From a virus: a DNA stretch of 64,000 nt. A model generated the notes under the pieces. The model searched no databases, had not been told where the DNA came from, and saw only the letters and a program-made list of their open reading frames with translations. Positions within the stretch are counted from its first letter, which is position 1. Every line of letters starts with the position of its first letter. Where the stretch lies: positions 4,944-68,943 of IMG/VR virus record IMGVR_UViG_3300042880_000321; one strand, written 5' to 3'. Position numbers and translations under genes: made by a program. Of this stretch, positions 37,306 to 47,214 are shown piece by piece.

Positions 37306-38362
37306 ACCTGGATTTCCTTATCACTTGCATTTGGCTCATGTAGTCCGTGAAGCTGGCTGTCAGGAGATCCTGAAGCTGTGCTTCCTTATCTTCGGATTCA
37401 ATGCGAGCGATCAACTCTTCTCGGTAGTAAGTCTTCTCGCCGAACAGCTCCGGTATCTTGTACCTTCCGCCGGTAATGTACTTATTATCGACCAGCCATT
37501 TGAGGGAGCTGCCGATATTGTCGATACCGTGCGTCGGGTAGAACTCTTCGTCGAAGATTAGCTTCATGCCGTTTATTCGGTTCTTATGGACCTTGACAGA
37601 TACGTCGTCCCCAATTTGGACTTTCTTTCCGTTGATTTCCCTCTCGATCTTAGTCTTTAACTTGGTTTCGAGTTCTACGTGAGCCCAGAACTTGATAGCC
37701 CGTCCGCCCGGTACAACGTCCTTCGGTGAGTAGGGGTTGGCTTTCTGTACGTTATCCCGGTGTTGACTAATTCCTATCAAGATAGAATTAGTCTTAACTA
37801 GCTTCGGCACTAGTAACCGCAAGCGGTTAGAGTGGATTTTGCCGTGTTCCATTGCGTAGGAGCCGTCTGGATCTTTATCCTCTGCCCGTTTCTTGCTGTC
37901 CTCTCCGATCTTTTTGATCGCAGACGCCGGTAGCCATGCTTCGAAGGAATCGACCACGATTACAGAAGGAGTCTTGATGATCTCATCTAACGCATCGTAG
38001 AGGTGATCTAGGCTCTTTGCTTCCATCGCCTCTAGCTTCGCAGCTAGTTTCGATCCGAAAAACTTCTCGCAGTTGAAGTTCGACCCGTTCTCCCCGTCGA
38101 ATATGACGCAGCGATGATCGGCGTAGAGCGGCGAGTTCGCCGCCTCCGCCATTAGCATCTTGGCGTGAAAGGATTTACCGCTGCCGGAATCCCCATGCAA
38201 CCAGACGAACATGCCCGGAGATACGGATTTACCGATCTGGCCGGAGACGTGGAGATCCATCACGTCGCAGCCGAGGCTTAGGTCTGGGGATGACAGTGCC
38301 GTCGTGGACGGCATCGCGGCGACGGCGTCTTCTAGTTGTTCGATATTTGATTTCTTAGCCAT
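37298..38362 (-). CDS. RecA/UvsX-like recombinase
   Basis: GDSGSGKS, VVDS, ISQHR, PGGRAIKF and KNR. Confidence 0.88.
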   Translation of the reverse strand: MAKKSNIEQLEDAVAAMPSTTALSSPDLSLGCDVMDLHVSGQIGKSVSPGMFVWLHGDSGSGKSFHAKMLMAEAANSPLYADHRCVIFDGENGSNFNCEKFFGSKLAAKLEAMEAKSLDHLYDALDEIIKTPSVIVVDSFEAWLPASAIKKIGEDSKKRAEDKDPDGSYAMEHGKIHSNRLRLLVPKLVKTNSILIGISQHRDNVQKANPYSPKDVVPGGRAIKFWAHVELETKLKTKIEREINGKKVQIGDDVSVKVHKNRINGMKLIFDEEFYPTHGIDNIGSSLKWLVDNKYITGGRYKIPELFGEKTYYREELIARIESEDKEAQLQDLLTASFTDYMSQMQVIRKSRYE

Positions 38363-38561
38363 TGTTTTCCTCTACCAGTCTGATTAAGCCTTCTTCCAAG
38401 GCAGTTGGGATATGGACGTGTTTATTAAAGCTGTCTTCCGGGTCGTCGTAGCATGCCTTGTCGTCCACTAGTCCAGGAAACCATCTACCCTTCCAATGGA
38501 ACATATCAGGGCGTTTCTCTAGCGGAGCACCTGTAGCCGCCACAACGTATTTCTTTTCCAT
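38355..38561 (-). CDS. hypothetical protein
   Basis: GAGG ribosome-binding site then MEKKY. Confidence 0.5.
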   Translation of the reverse strand: MEKKYVVAATGAPLEKRPDMFHWKGRWFPGLVDDKACYDDPEDSFNKHVHIPTALEEGLIRLVEENNG

Positions 38562-38573
38562 AATTTCCTCGAT

Positions 38574-38608
38574 AAAAAAAGCCGCCTGCCTATTCCTAAG
38601 CAGGCGGC
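38574..38608 (-). terminator. intrinsic terminator after the SSB gene
   Basis: GCCGCCTGC stem followed by 7 T on the minus strand. Confidence 0.8.
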
Positions 38609-38641
38609 CCAACCCACCAACACACAACTCACACAGTTGTA

Positions 38642-39475
38642 CTACTTATCCCAGTCCGCGTCAAACGGTGCCGAGTCATCGGCTGTGGCGATAGCCGCCA
38701 CAGCCTCTTCCTTAGCGGCCTGAACCGCTTTGCTCTGTCCTGCTGCTGCCATTGGCGAGCAGTCAATAAATCGACTCTTAGCCTCGTCATACGGTAGCTT
38801 CTTGAGGCAGGCATCCAAGTCAACGGCATCCTTAATAAGATCCGACACCTTGACCGTTTTACCAGTAGACAAGGTAATCGAGCCGCCGTGCTTGTCAAAA
38901 TCGAACGATGTAGCCTTATAGAACGTCTTGCCCTCGAAGCTAGCAGCTTCCCAGTTGAAGGTAACTATGCTGCCTTCAGTCGGATGCATGAAAGCCTTAG
39001 CATGCTGTTGATTCGGGCGCTTCGCCTTGTTGACGGCGGCCTTCATCAGTTCTTCGGTAAAGTTGCGGTACGAGTGATCGAGTACCAGCAACTTCTCTAC
39101 GGGCGTGTCGTCGTAAGTGATAACAAAGACGTTGAACATCCCCAAACGCTGTGCGCGTTTCTTGATGTTGTGTGACCGAAGATAATCTTCGATAGGACAT
39201 CTCTCGCCGAACGTCTGAACACAATCGAAGTAGCGGTTCTTGCGATCTGGTCCCAGATCCCGGTGCAAGTAGCAATCTCGCGTGTAGTACAACTTTCCCG
39301 GTTCCGTCCGTGGGGAGTTCGTCGTGACGTAAGGCACGACGACCAACTGAACTAAACCCGCCTTGTCTACCTTCCATCGGCGATCCTTGGGAATATCGAC
39401 AGGGTAATAGCTCTGTCCTCCTCCCATACGAGAAAGTTCGCCTTCTAAATTCAAATCATCAAATTCGTTACTCAT
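38642..39475 (-). CDS. single-stranded DNA-binding protein (gp32-like)
   Basis: H..., C....GERCPI zinc motif; acidic aromatic tail DDSAPFDADWDK; next to RecA. Confidence 0.7.
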   Translation of the reverse strand: MSNEFDDLNLEGELSRMGGGQSYYPVDIPKDRRWKVDKAGLVQLVVVPYVTTNSPRTEPGKLYYTRDCYLHRDLGPDRKNRYFDCVQTFGERCPIEDYLRSHNIKKRAQRLGMFNVFVITYDDTPVEKLLVLDHSYRNFTEELMKAAVNKAKRPNQQHAKAFMHPTEGSIVTFNWEAASFEGKTFYKATSFDFDKHGGSITLSTGKTVKVSDLIKDAVDLDACLKKLPYDEAKSRFIDCSPMAAAGQSKAVQAAKEEAVAAIATADDSAPFDADWDK

Positions 39476-39881
39476 CAGAGTCAACTCCGTATTGGCCGGT
39501 TGTAAATCCACGAATCACCAGTTCGGCCAAATACTTACTGGCGCTTCGTTTAACGTCGAGTGCGTTAACAATAGCTTTTGTGCCGTTCACGGCAAGTTTA
39601 GCTTCGATGACTGCATCTGTCAACGCAACCACCTGAGCATCACATTCAATTCGGGAAGCGATGCCTCCCTCAGTGACTTTCGCAATCCCGTATTCAATTG
39701 GTGCGGCACGCACCTTCATTTCCAGTTGGGCCTTGAACAAGCTCAAGGCTTGTTCGGCCTTGTGCAACTTGTACAGGTCATCAGCAAGAGACGATTCCCA
39801 TGCTCCTGTGTCGCTAGCTAGCGACGAGAGAGCTTCGGGTAACTTGTCTACGGTAAGGTCTAAATCTACTGTTTTCGTCAT
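39468..39881 (-). CDS. UvsY-like recombination mediator
   Basis: Helical 137 aa with KVTEGGI; next to SSB and RecA. Confidence 0.55.
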   Translation of the reverse strand: MTKTVDLDLTVDKLPEALSSLASDTGAWESSLADDLYKLHKAEQALSLFKAQLEMKVRAAPIEYGIAKVTEGGIASRIECDAQVVALTDAVIEAKLAVNGTKAIVNALDVKRSASKYLAELVIRGFTTGQYGVDSDE

Positions 39882-39933
39882 TGTATCAATCCTCTTGGAC
39901 TAGGTTGGTCATAGGCTAACGGTAATACTATAG

Positions 39934-40875
39934 CTAACGACTTGCCCAAGCAAGGTAATAATTTGCTAAAAATCCCGGTTTCTTTGAATCGAAGAACGGG
40001 GCTTTCATTGCCGTGATGACTTTCGCCGCCCTGGCGGCATTCTTACTGCATTTCATGCAAGTCGCTGCGTACCGCAGCAGCATCCACCGGGCAGTCTCGA
40101 CTTCGTCGTCCGTCATCTTGGATAGGTAGTCGGTGTAGATGCTTTCCCACGACTCCTTGCCCGGCCACATGACCGCCTTGCAGATAGGGAACAGGTCATG
40201 GGATTCATCGCTGTCGATAGCACAGATCCGTTTCACGGATTCGACTTCGAAGCCGGCGGCGATACATTGTTCTAAAAGCACTAATGCTCGGCGTGCCGAG
40301 CCCTGTGCGGAAGAGGCAATTACCTGTAGCGTCTCTCCGGAAAAGTCGTTAGCTCGGGCTTCCGTCTCCAGGACGCGTTGCATTAGATCCACTAATTCGG
40401 CAGTAGTTAAATTAGCTAACGGCATACCGGTGATCCGCGAGCGGATCGCCTTGTCGATTTTCTCCGGTTGCGAGGTGCAGACGAAGAAGTAGACGTAGGC
40501 TGGGGTGTCTTCGAACACCTTTAGAAGCCCCTGGAACGCTTGCTTAGAGCACGAGTGGAACTCGTCGAGAATATACACCCAAGGGCCGCCTCCGAGCGGC
40601 TTATAGGCCATGTTGTCCTGGATCGACCGGATATCGTCGATACCGGTCTTCTGGCCCATGTTCATTTCGATTATGTTTCTAGGGTCGGTGCAACCGACCT
40701 CTGCTGCCATAATCCTAGCGAGCGTCGTCTTGCCTACGCCAGGCTCCCCGTAGAAGCCGAGAACGTGAGGCACGTTCTTGTCCTTGATGAACTGCTTCAA
40801 CTGACTGACGGCAACGGCTTGGCCGATGACGGCATCGAGGGACTTTGGCCGGTATTTTTTGTATAGTTCAAGCAT
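39934..40875 (-). CDS. clamp loader (DnaX gamma/tau-like AAA+)
   Basis: LYKKYRP, GEPGVGKTTLARI, ILDEFH, LLKVFED and GSAR. Confidence 0.88.
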   Translation of the reverse strand: MLELYKKYRPKSLDAVIGQAVAVSQLKQFIKDKNVPHVLGFYGEPGVGKTTLARIMAAEVGCTDPRNIIEMNMGQKTGIDDIRSIQDNMAYKPLGGGPWVYILDEFHSCSKQAFQGLLKVFEDTPAYVYFFVCTSQPEKIDKAIRSRITGMPLANLTTAELVDLMQRVLETEARANDFSGETLQVIASSAQGSARRALVLLEQCIAAGFEVESVKRICAIDSDESHDLFPICKAVMWPGKESWESIYTDYLSKMTDDEVETARWMLLRYAATCMKCSKNAARAAKVITAMKAPFFDSKKPGFLANYYLAWASR

Positions 40876-41461
40876 ACTCTCTCCAAAACAAATAGGCATC
40901 AATTACTCGTTCTAGTTCCGCTTCTAAGTCTAGAAGCGTACCGTCGTTCCGTATAATGTAGTCGGCTTCCTTAGCCGGGTCTATAGCTACCTCGGATTCG
41001 TGTGCCGGGTCAGCAGGCTGTTCTCGCGTGCTTTGCACGCATATCAGCAGGCTGTCGGGTTGTGCTCGAAGGAAGCATACTTCGTTCGGAAAACGTATGC
41101 CCTGGATCGCTGTCCTTTCATCTAGTCGCATTCGGGTATCCATTATCTTTAACCAGCAATCTTCGCCGTGGAAACGGCGACCGCATTCGGTGCCCAGGAG
41201 CCGGAGATAACGGCGAACGTCATCTGAATGACGTTTGACGTAATCGACCCCGAACACTGACACTAATGTATTGTATTCCGCCGCCGCATCGGAGCGAAAG
41301 CCAATGACTTTTAGGACAGGGTTCAATATAGCTAGTTGCTCGTATACCGGATCACTGAAGCCCCGAACGGTGAAGTTGTATTTCTTATGCAGGATCTTGC
41401 AACACTCGTCTTTTCCTGCATTCCGGTTACCGCAGAATCCGATTACTTTGGGTAGGTTCAT
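40868..41461 (-). CDS. deoxynucleoside monophosphate kinase
   Basis: IGFCGNRNAGKD, LGTECGR, RFPNE, HESE and NDGT. Confidence 0.85.
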   Translation of the reverse strand: MNLPKVIGFCGNRNAGKDECCKILHKKYNFTVRGFSDPVYEQLAILNPVLKVIGFRSDAAAEYNTLVSVFGVDYVKRHSDDVRRYLRLLGTECGRRFHGEDCWLKIMDTRMRLDERTAIQGIRFPNEVCFLRAQPDSLLICVQSTREQPADPAHESEVAIDPAKEADYIIRNDGTLLDLEAELERVIDAYLFWREYA

Positions 41462-42855
41462 ATCTCTTTCCCGGTGTAGGCTACTTTGTCGCTCCAGCTA
41501 ACGTCGCTGACTTCTACTTCTACCTTTAGATCCAGAATCAACCAAGGCCATTTTTTCCTGAGCTTAGTTGTCATAATCTCGCTGGCCATGCCAACGTATT
41601 CATGCAACTCTGCTCTCGGCACTAGGGCCAAGAGCGAATCGTGGATCTCCATAAACGGACGCGATAGCATCTTCCTCTCCTCAATCTCCTTCTGGATATC
41701 GATGATGGATTGGAGTAGACAGTGAAAACTGCTGCCCTGAACCGGGGCATTGATAATGAAATTCCGTGTCTCTACGCCCCGCCAAAGGAATCCGGTCAAG
41801 TTGTAAAAGTACCCCTTAGCCAGATACTCCCGATACCAGTCTTTCTTCCACTGTGCATACGTCCGATACCGTTTGCCCCAGAAGTCGTCTTCGACCGACT
41901 TGATATGCGAGACGAAGGTGTCACTGTCCATGTTAGCCACCCATTTCTGTTCGCCTTCGTCGAACTCAATGCCCAGTCGCTTGATGCCCACAGACGAGAG
42001 ATGCTCCAGCATCCCTGTCTTCCCTGCCGTCTTCCATAACCTCCTAGCCACATCAACGTAATAATTGCCGTAGAACCACCCGAACACTGCATCTCCTTTA
42101 GCTGCGGTACGCAGCGTTTTGGCTAATGCCTTGTTCTCGGCGGCCCAGTTATCATCATATCTGAAGCACTGCTTCGCGGTAGCCGAATGCATATCGAAAC
42201 CACTTTCGAGGTTATCGATCATCGTTGTGTCTTTGTGGTAGCAGGCAGCTACGTGGACTTCTAGAGCTGAGTAGTCGATTTCGACTAAGTACCACCCTTC
42301 TGGGGGGCATACGCATCCCTTGACGTATCGCGTAACTGACTTGTTTCTGGACGGTAGGTTGTTGAGGTTCGGGCTATCCGCCGAACCTCTGAATGATTTC
42401 ACGTTGTGTAGGTTTAGGAACCCATGCACCCGCCCCTTAACGCAATCGCGTTCTAGGGCATCGAGGTAGGTTCCTTTCAGCTTGTAGAGTTTTTGTAACT
42501 GCAAAAACTCAGCGACGTAGTCGGAGTCGAGAAGTAGCAATGCATCCTCATCGAGAATGTATTTCTTCGACTTCTTCGACTTCTTAGCTCCCGGTAGCTT
42601 TAGATGGTCGTATAAAACCCATCCTAGTTGATCTCTGGAATTCAGATTGCATTCGGCACCGTATTTCCTCTGCTGCGTCTCGAAAATCGAGTGCTTACGG
42701 AGCTTGGACTCTCTATCCCGTATCTCAGCCTGGACTTCGCGTTGGGCTACAGCGAGCTTGTTTGTGTCTACTGGAAGCCCTTCCGATTCCATCTTCGACA
42801 AGGCGATTACGCCTTGATGGAACAGTTTGCTAGCCGAACGTGTTGCAGGTTTCAT
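41458..42855 (-). CDS. family-A DNA polymerase, polymerase domain (split gene)
   Basis: PNLNNLP; motif A DYSALE; motif B RTAAK..VFGWFYG; NAPVQG; motif C IHDS. Confidence 0.9.
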   Translation of the reverse strand: MKPATRSASKLFHQGVIALSKMESEGLPVDTNKLAVAQREVQAEIRDRESKLRKHSIFETQQRKYGAECNLNSRDQLGWVLYDHLKLPGAKKSKKSKKYILDEDALLLLDSDYVAEFLQLQKLYKLKGTYLDALERDCVKGRVHGFLNLHNVKSFRGSADSPNLNNLPSRNKSVTRYVKGCVCPPEGWYLVEIDYSALEVHVAACYHKDTTMIDNLESGFDMHSATAKQCFRYDDNWAAENKALAKTLRTAAKGDAVFGWFYGNYYVDVARRLWKTAGKTGMLEHLSSVGIKRLGIEFDEGEQKWVANMDSDTFVSHIKSVEDDFWGKRYRTYAQWKKDWYREYLAKGYFYNLTGFLWRGVETRNFIINAPVQGSSFHCLLQSIIDIQKEIEERKMLSRPFMEIHDSLLALVPRAELHEYVGMASEIMTTKLRKKWPWLILDLKVEVEVSDVSWSDKVAYTGKEI

Positions 42856-43112
42856 ACTTCAGGCCACCCAAGCAATGTCCTTAATTTATTCCTTACAGAA
42901 GAAAGCCTAATCAAATCCTTTTCGTAAGACTCGGTAACGAATTTCTCTCTTTTTTGTCGATAGGAATTTTGTGATCTCAACGACTGCAAACACTCATGGG
43001 TGTTCTCAATCGCTGTATCGCACGCAACTATTGCCTCGCGTATGATTTCTTCGTCAACGCTAACGAATGTAGGTTGATGCCCTTGCATGGTTATAAATGG
43101 GTGTCCTTCCAC
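42852..43112 (-). CDS. hypothetical protein
   Basis: Coupled ORF. Confidence 0.55.
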   Translation of the reverse strand: MEGHPFITMQGHQPTFVSVDEEIIREAIVACDTAIENTHECLQSLRSQNSYRQKREKFVTESYEKDLIRLSSVRNKLRTLLGWPEV

Positions 43113-43114
43113 GG

Positions 43115-43345
43115 CTATTTCTTTCCTATCTGCCCGCGTGCGTTCCGCACGGTTGCCGTGTTGCCCTTCACCGTGACGCTACCTGCCAGACGCCCTCGGG
43201 CGTCCCTTAGCTGGATCGTCGATTGCTTTACGGTAGCCGTGGCGATGATTCGACCTTGGCTATCACGGAAACGGATTCGGTCATCGGCGGATGCCGATGC
43301 TGTGAATAGTATCACAAATGATACAAAAGTGATTAGTGTTTTCAT
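43115..43345 (-). CDS. small exported protein with three RDxxGR beta repeats
   Basis: Signal peptide ending ASA; repeats RDSQGRI, RDARGRL and RNARGQI. Confidence 0.65.
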   Translation of the reverse strand: MKTLITFVSFVILFTASASADDRIRFRDSQGRIIATATVKQSTIQLRDARGRLAGSVTVKGNTATVRNARGQIGKK

Positions 43346-43701
43346 CAGTATTTCTTTCCTCCGACCTTGGCCCGATTCTCGGGCTTGTGGTCAAGTCGCT
43401 GTTGGTTGTAGGCTGCCTTTTCTTCTAAAATCGTGCCGAGAGGTATGCCTAAGAACCCGGCCAGATCGAATACACGGATCAAAACGTCGGCAAGTTCTAC
43501 GGCGACCATCTCCCGGTGCGGGAGTTTGTCGTCTTTAAGTCCTTTGCGATGCCCTTCGAGAGCTTCCGCACATTCGCTGACGATCAATGCCAACTTGGTT
43601 GGCACCACTAACGGATTGAACTCTTGGTCCCACCAACCGGCTTTACGGTTGCTCTCGTGCGTCTCGACGCACAGTTTGTCTAATACTTCTGCTGTATTCA
43701 T
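43345..43701 (-). CDS. MazG-like NTP pyrophosphohydrolase
   Basis: SECAEALE, ELADVLIR and EKAAYN. Confidence 0.85.
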   Translation of the reverse strand: MNTAEVLDKLCVETHESNRKAGWWDQEFNPLVVPTKLALIVSECAEALEGHRKGLKDDKLPHREMVAVELADVLIRVFDLAGFLGIPLGTILEEKAAYNQQRLDHKPENRAKVGGKKY

Positions 43702-44387
43702 AGTTTCTTTCTTTTCTTTACAGGTGCTAAAATTCTAGTCATATCCCACCCTTTCCGAAATCTAGCATAAATAGTATCGTAGTCAATCCCTACTTCCTTG
43801 GCCCATGCCGCAATGCATTGTGTTTTGCCTTCATGCGTCAGAAATACATTACGTGCAGTGTTTCTATTTTGCTCGGTTAAGGTAGCCCATCGGCAGTTAC
43901 CTGGTTCGTAGTTACCGTCTCTGTTCGGGTGTCTGTCTAGGGACAAGTCTTTGGATGGGCGTTCGCCCATATCGGAGAGGAAATTTATAAAACCCTGACC
44001 GTTTGGTTCTAACCATCGGTCGCAGACGCGGATTCCGCGTCCTCCGTACCTATGGTATTTTTTGTTACTTTTAATATAGCACCGCCGTATCATATTAACC
44101 CAACAAATATATTCGACCGAACCACATCCTAGGTGCCTGCTACTTATTCTTTTTATGGACTCTGATCGGGCGCATCCACAACTGGTTGTTCTGTGCGGTC
44201 TTAGCGTGTTGGATTCAATCACTTTTATTTCGCCGCAAACGCACTGACAAACCTGAAACGAGTGGTGCGTGTCTTTCGTTCCTACCGGCAACAGAAACTT
44301 AGGACCAATGGTCGTGAGACGACCGTTTGTTTTAGGTTCGAAAGACTTGGCAATACGGATACCGTGTACTACAATAAATTCAGACAT
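43698..44387 (-). CDS. HNH-type homing endonuclease-like protein
   Basis: CxC...SCGC, YGGRGI.VC.RW, SLDR...GNYEPGNCRWAT..EQNRN; C-terminal HTH; locally AT-richer. Confidence 0.85.
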   Translation of the reverse strand: MSEFIVVHGIRIAKSFEPKTNGRLTTIGPKFLLPVGTKDTHHSFQVCQCVCGEIKVIESNTLRPHRTTSCGCARSESIKRISSRHLGCGSVEYICWVNMIRRCYIKSNKKYHRYGGRGIRVCDRWLEPNGQGFINFLSDMGERPSKDLSLDRHPNRDGNYEPGNCRWATLTEQNRNTARNVFLTHEGKTQCIAAWAKEVGIDYDTIYARFRKGWDMTRILAPVKKRKKL

Positions 44388-44388
44388 C

Positions 44389-44462
44389 GATGACTCCTTG
44401 ATAGTCGTTGTGTTCAGAAAAGCCGAAAGGGTGAACACCTTTCGGCTTTTCGCATTATAGCA
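44389..44462 (-). promoter_or_regulatory. structured 5' leader: TATAAT, 14-bp hairpin, possible pseudoknot, RBS
   Basis: Minus strand GCTATAATGC GAAAAGCCGAAAGG TGTTCAC CCTTTCGGCTTTTC TGAACAC AAC...AAGGAG. Confidence 0.65.
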
Positions 44463-44481
44463 GGTAATATTGATTTATGCA

Positions 44482-45867
44482 TCAAATAAATCGACTGACT
44501 AGGTGGAATCTGCCTCGATGCGGAGAACCGGCTACTGCTATATGGCGACTAGGAAGATCTGCGAGAAATTCCATCTCTCTCAAGACTATGTAGTTTAGTC
44601 TACACACCTGCGATTCGCGTTCGTACTCATTCATGTTGATACCGATAGCCGCATTCGCATGTGCCCAGATGCCTTTAGAACCGGTGAAATTGACTTTCCC
44701 CAACCAGAAGCTAGAATATGCTTCCTTATTCACCTGACTTGCCGTCAGCAATAGTATCTTGAACTCAGAACTGATTGCCCGTAGGTTCTTCCAAATATGA
44801 TCGTGGGCTTCGTGTCCTTCTGTATGCGGGGATTTGGCGATCAATCCTGCGTAATCCACGCCAAGAACGTCAGGCACCCACCCCTTGTCGGCCCATGCCG
44901 ACAACTTACGCCGGATATCCTCCACCGTCATCGTATCTGCCGGTGTCGAATGCAACCGGAACCGGTTAGGCTCGCCTCTAGCGGCCATAGCCGCCCAGGC
45001 GACCTTTGCTTCCTCTACCGTATACCCGGAACTGTAATACTGCTCCTGGAACTCTACCGTAAGCTCCTTAGCTTCGTTGTAGTCGATCTTGGTCGGTATC
45101 TTAACCTTACCCGCCCTGGCGGGTTTGCCTAACCATGCCGTTGACCAACGCCGTAAGACTTGTTCCTGGGATAAGTCGCCGATGTTGAAATAGGCTACCC
45201 GAAGTCCTTGAATGAGAGCACGCTGGCATAAGCCCGCTAGGTGCGAACTTTTCCCGGACTTATCTGCCCCGCACAGGATAACCAGTGCATCTCTATGGAG
45301 CGTAGGGCCAAGCCATTGGCCGAGCGCTGTGTCGGCGGGGAACTTGATAATGGATTCGTATTGTGTCTTTTCGAATGCCGTTTGCACCGCATCCAAAGCC
45401 GTGAACGGCTCTAGATAGTCTACCCGTTGGGACAGCTCCGGTAGCTTGAAGGATTGAATGGCATTAGTTGCGGCGGTTATGTTTCCATTGCTGATTGCAG
45501 CCGTGATGTTGTCTGCTAGCTGTTTGGCTGCCGTGCGGGAAATCAACTTATGTATCAGTTCGACGACATAATCGGCTCGCATGGTTACCGGCTGCAAGGA
45601 GCCGAGAAAGCGACCGACTAAGTCGGTCGAGGCTTTGTCGGCGGACCTTGCCCAGTCCGAATAGATGGCAGTTAAGACTGCCGGTCCAGGGGCTTCACCG
45701 AACTGCTTGAAATGGTTTAGGCACCATTTGACTACGATATTGCTGAACTTCGAAGGAAAGCAGTTGTCGGGCAATAGGGTCGCAACGCGACCGAGGGTTT
45801 CGGTATCTAGGCATAAAGCAGCGATAACCAGACGCTCATCTTGGCTGTCGTATGTTTCTATCTGCAT
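44482..45867 (-). CDS. replicative helicase (DnaB-like)
   Basis: GADKSGKS, VDYAGL and TASQ. Confidence 0.8.
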   Translation of the reverse strand: MQIETYDSQDERLVIAALCLDTETLGRVATLLPDNCFPSKFSNIVVKWCLNHFKQFGEAPGPAVLTAIYSDWARSADKASTDLVGRFLGSLQPVTMRADYVVELIHKLISRTAAKQLADNITAAISNGNITAATNAIQSFKLPELSQRVDYLEPFTALDAVQTAFEKTQYESIIKFPADTALGQWLGPTLHRDALVILCGADKSGKSSHLAGLCQRALIQGLRVAYFNIGDLSQEQVLRRWSTAWLGKPARAGKVKIPTKIDYNEAKELTVEFQEQYYSSGYTVEEAKVAWAAMAARGEPNRFRLHSTPADTMTVEDIRRKLSAWADKGWVPDVLGVDYAGLIAKSPHTEGHEAHDHIWKNLRAISSEFKILLLTASQVNKEAYSSFWLGKVNFTGSKGIWAHANAAIGINMNEYERESQVCRLNYIVLREMEFLADLPSRHIAVAGSPHRGRFHLVSRFI

Positions 45868-46734
45868 TTATTCACCGAATACAAACTTTCTGAGCTTCCT
45901 GACTTCCGCTTCTGATGCTTCCCCTGGGTCCGCAGCATCTAATTCTATCCGCACCGTTTCGCCAGGAAACACGGCTAGCTGTTCAGCTAGAACCTTAGCC
46001 CTAGCCTGTGCCTGCGGACTGCTATCAAAAACAATAACCCGTTTCCAGACGCGAGCAATTTCAGCTAGCTGAAATTGCGTTACCGCTAGCCCGAACGTGG
46101 CTACCGCTCCCCGACCGACGCGAATCGCGTCCAGCGGACCCTCCACTACTATAGCCGTATCCCGTATGTACTGGTTGCCGAAAAGCAAATGTTTTTCATC
46201 AAAACATTTCTGATAGGCTTGGGCCGTTTGGTATCGCGGCTCCTGGCCGCACGCGGCCCTAGCCGTCCACGATACCGGCCTACGGTTCAAGTAGACCGGA
46301 ATGAATGCTCGCATCGGGTAATCGGAGAACGGACCCGTCGCCTGGATGCCCCAATACTTCTCTAGGTAGCCTAGATTGAAGCCACGTCCTCGGAGATAGT
46401 CTGCAACTGCCGGTACTTCGGCTATCGGCATTAAGTTAGTCGGGGGCGTGTAACGCCCGAGGGATTTGGGGGTTTCTTGTTGGACGTAGGCTCGGTCACC
46501 GAGCAGTTCGTTAATCGCAGACCACGGGGCATCCGTAAGCTCCTTTAGGAGCTTACGGATGTTCCAGTTGCCGCAGGTATAGCAGTTTGCCCAGCTTAAA
46601 TCGTCCTTGATGCCGAGATGGTAATTTTCATTCGTACATCGGCCACATCGCTGTATTTGCGTCCAGCCAGATCTTGAATGTTTGTCGGTTTTCGACCAAG
46701 GGACCGAGAATCGGTCGAGGAAATCGGTTAGCAT
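45868..46734 (-). CDS. DNA primase (zinc finger plus TOPRIM)
   Basis: CGRC..H..CYTC, YLRGRG, VVEGPLDA and VFD. Confidence 0.85.
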   Translation of the reverse strand: MLTDFLDRFSVPWSKTDKHSRSGWTQIQRCGRCTNENYHLGIKDDLSWANCYTCGNWNIRKLLKELTDAPWSAINELLGDRAYVQQETPKSLGRYTPPTNLMPIAEVPAVADYLRGRGFNLGYLEKYWGIQATGPFSDYPMRAFIPVYLNRRPVSWTARAACGQEPRYQTAQAYQKCFDEKHLLFGNQYIRDTAIVVEGPLDAIRVGRGAVATFGLAVTQFQLAEIARVWKRVIVFDSSPQAQARAKVLAEQLAVFPGETVRIELDAADPGEASEAEVRKLRKFVFGE

Positions 46735-46737
46735 ACA

Positions 46738-46965
46738 TTACTCTTCCACCCACCCACTACTTGCACTTGCTCGCCACTTAGCCCCCGAGAGCGTCGTGAC
46801 GCTCCCTGTAGCCACTTCCGTTATCCGGCCATTTCCTAAAACGGCACACTTAAACTTCCTGCCCTCTCGAACCTGAAGCAAGGCTTTGCTCCCTACTATA
46901 ACGGCAGCCAAATACCCCTGTACAAAGTAGTCTTGCTGTTCTTCATCATACTCCAGCTTGAGCAT
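46738..46965 (-). CDS. hypothetical protein
   Basis: Short ORF within the operon. Confidence 0.45.
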   Translation of the reverse strand: MLKLEYDEEQQDYFVQGYLAAVIVGSKALLQVREGRKFKCAVLGNGRITEVATGSVTTLSGAKWRASASSGWVEE

Positions 46966-46966
46966 A

Positions 46967-47212
46967 TCAAACCTCGAACTCCCGTAGCCCGTCAATTGCC
47001 TTGTGTGCCGCATCTAAAACGCTAGCGAGATCCGAAGCGGCGTTTATCGACCATCCAGTCGATGAACGCAGCACCATAAATGTTTCGTCGCCCGGTAACT
47101 GGTTTTCGAACGATATGTCTAGGATTTCCGTCTCGTCGGTGCTTCCTAGAGTATTACCGTCTTGGGTCAATTGGACTTTGGCTTCTGATAGCCTTATTTT
47201 GTAGTCTTTCAT
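46967..47212 (-). CDS. hypothetical protein
   Basis: Short ORF within the operon. Confidence 0.55.
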   Translation of the reverse strand: MKDYKIRLSEAKVQLTQDGNTLGSTDETEILDISFENQLPGDETFMVLRSSTGWSINAASDLASVLDAAHKAIDGLREFEV

Positions 47213-47214
47213 GC

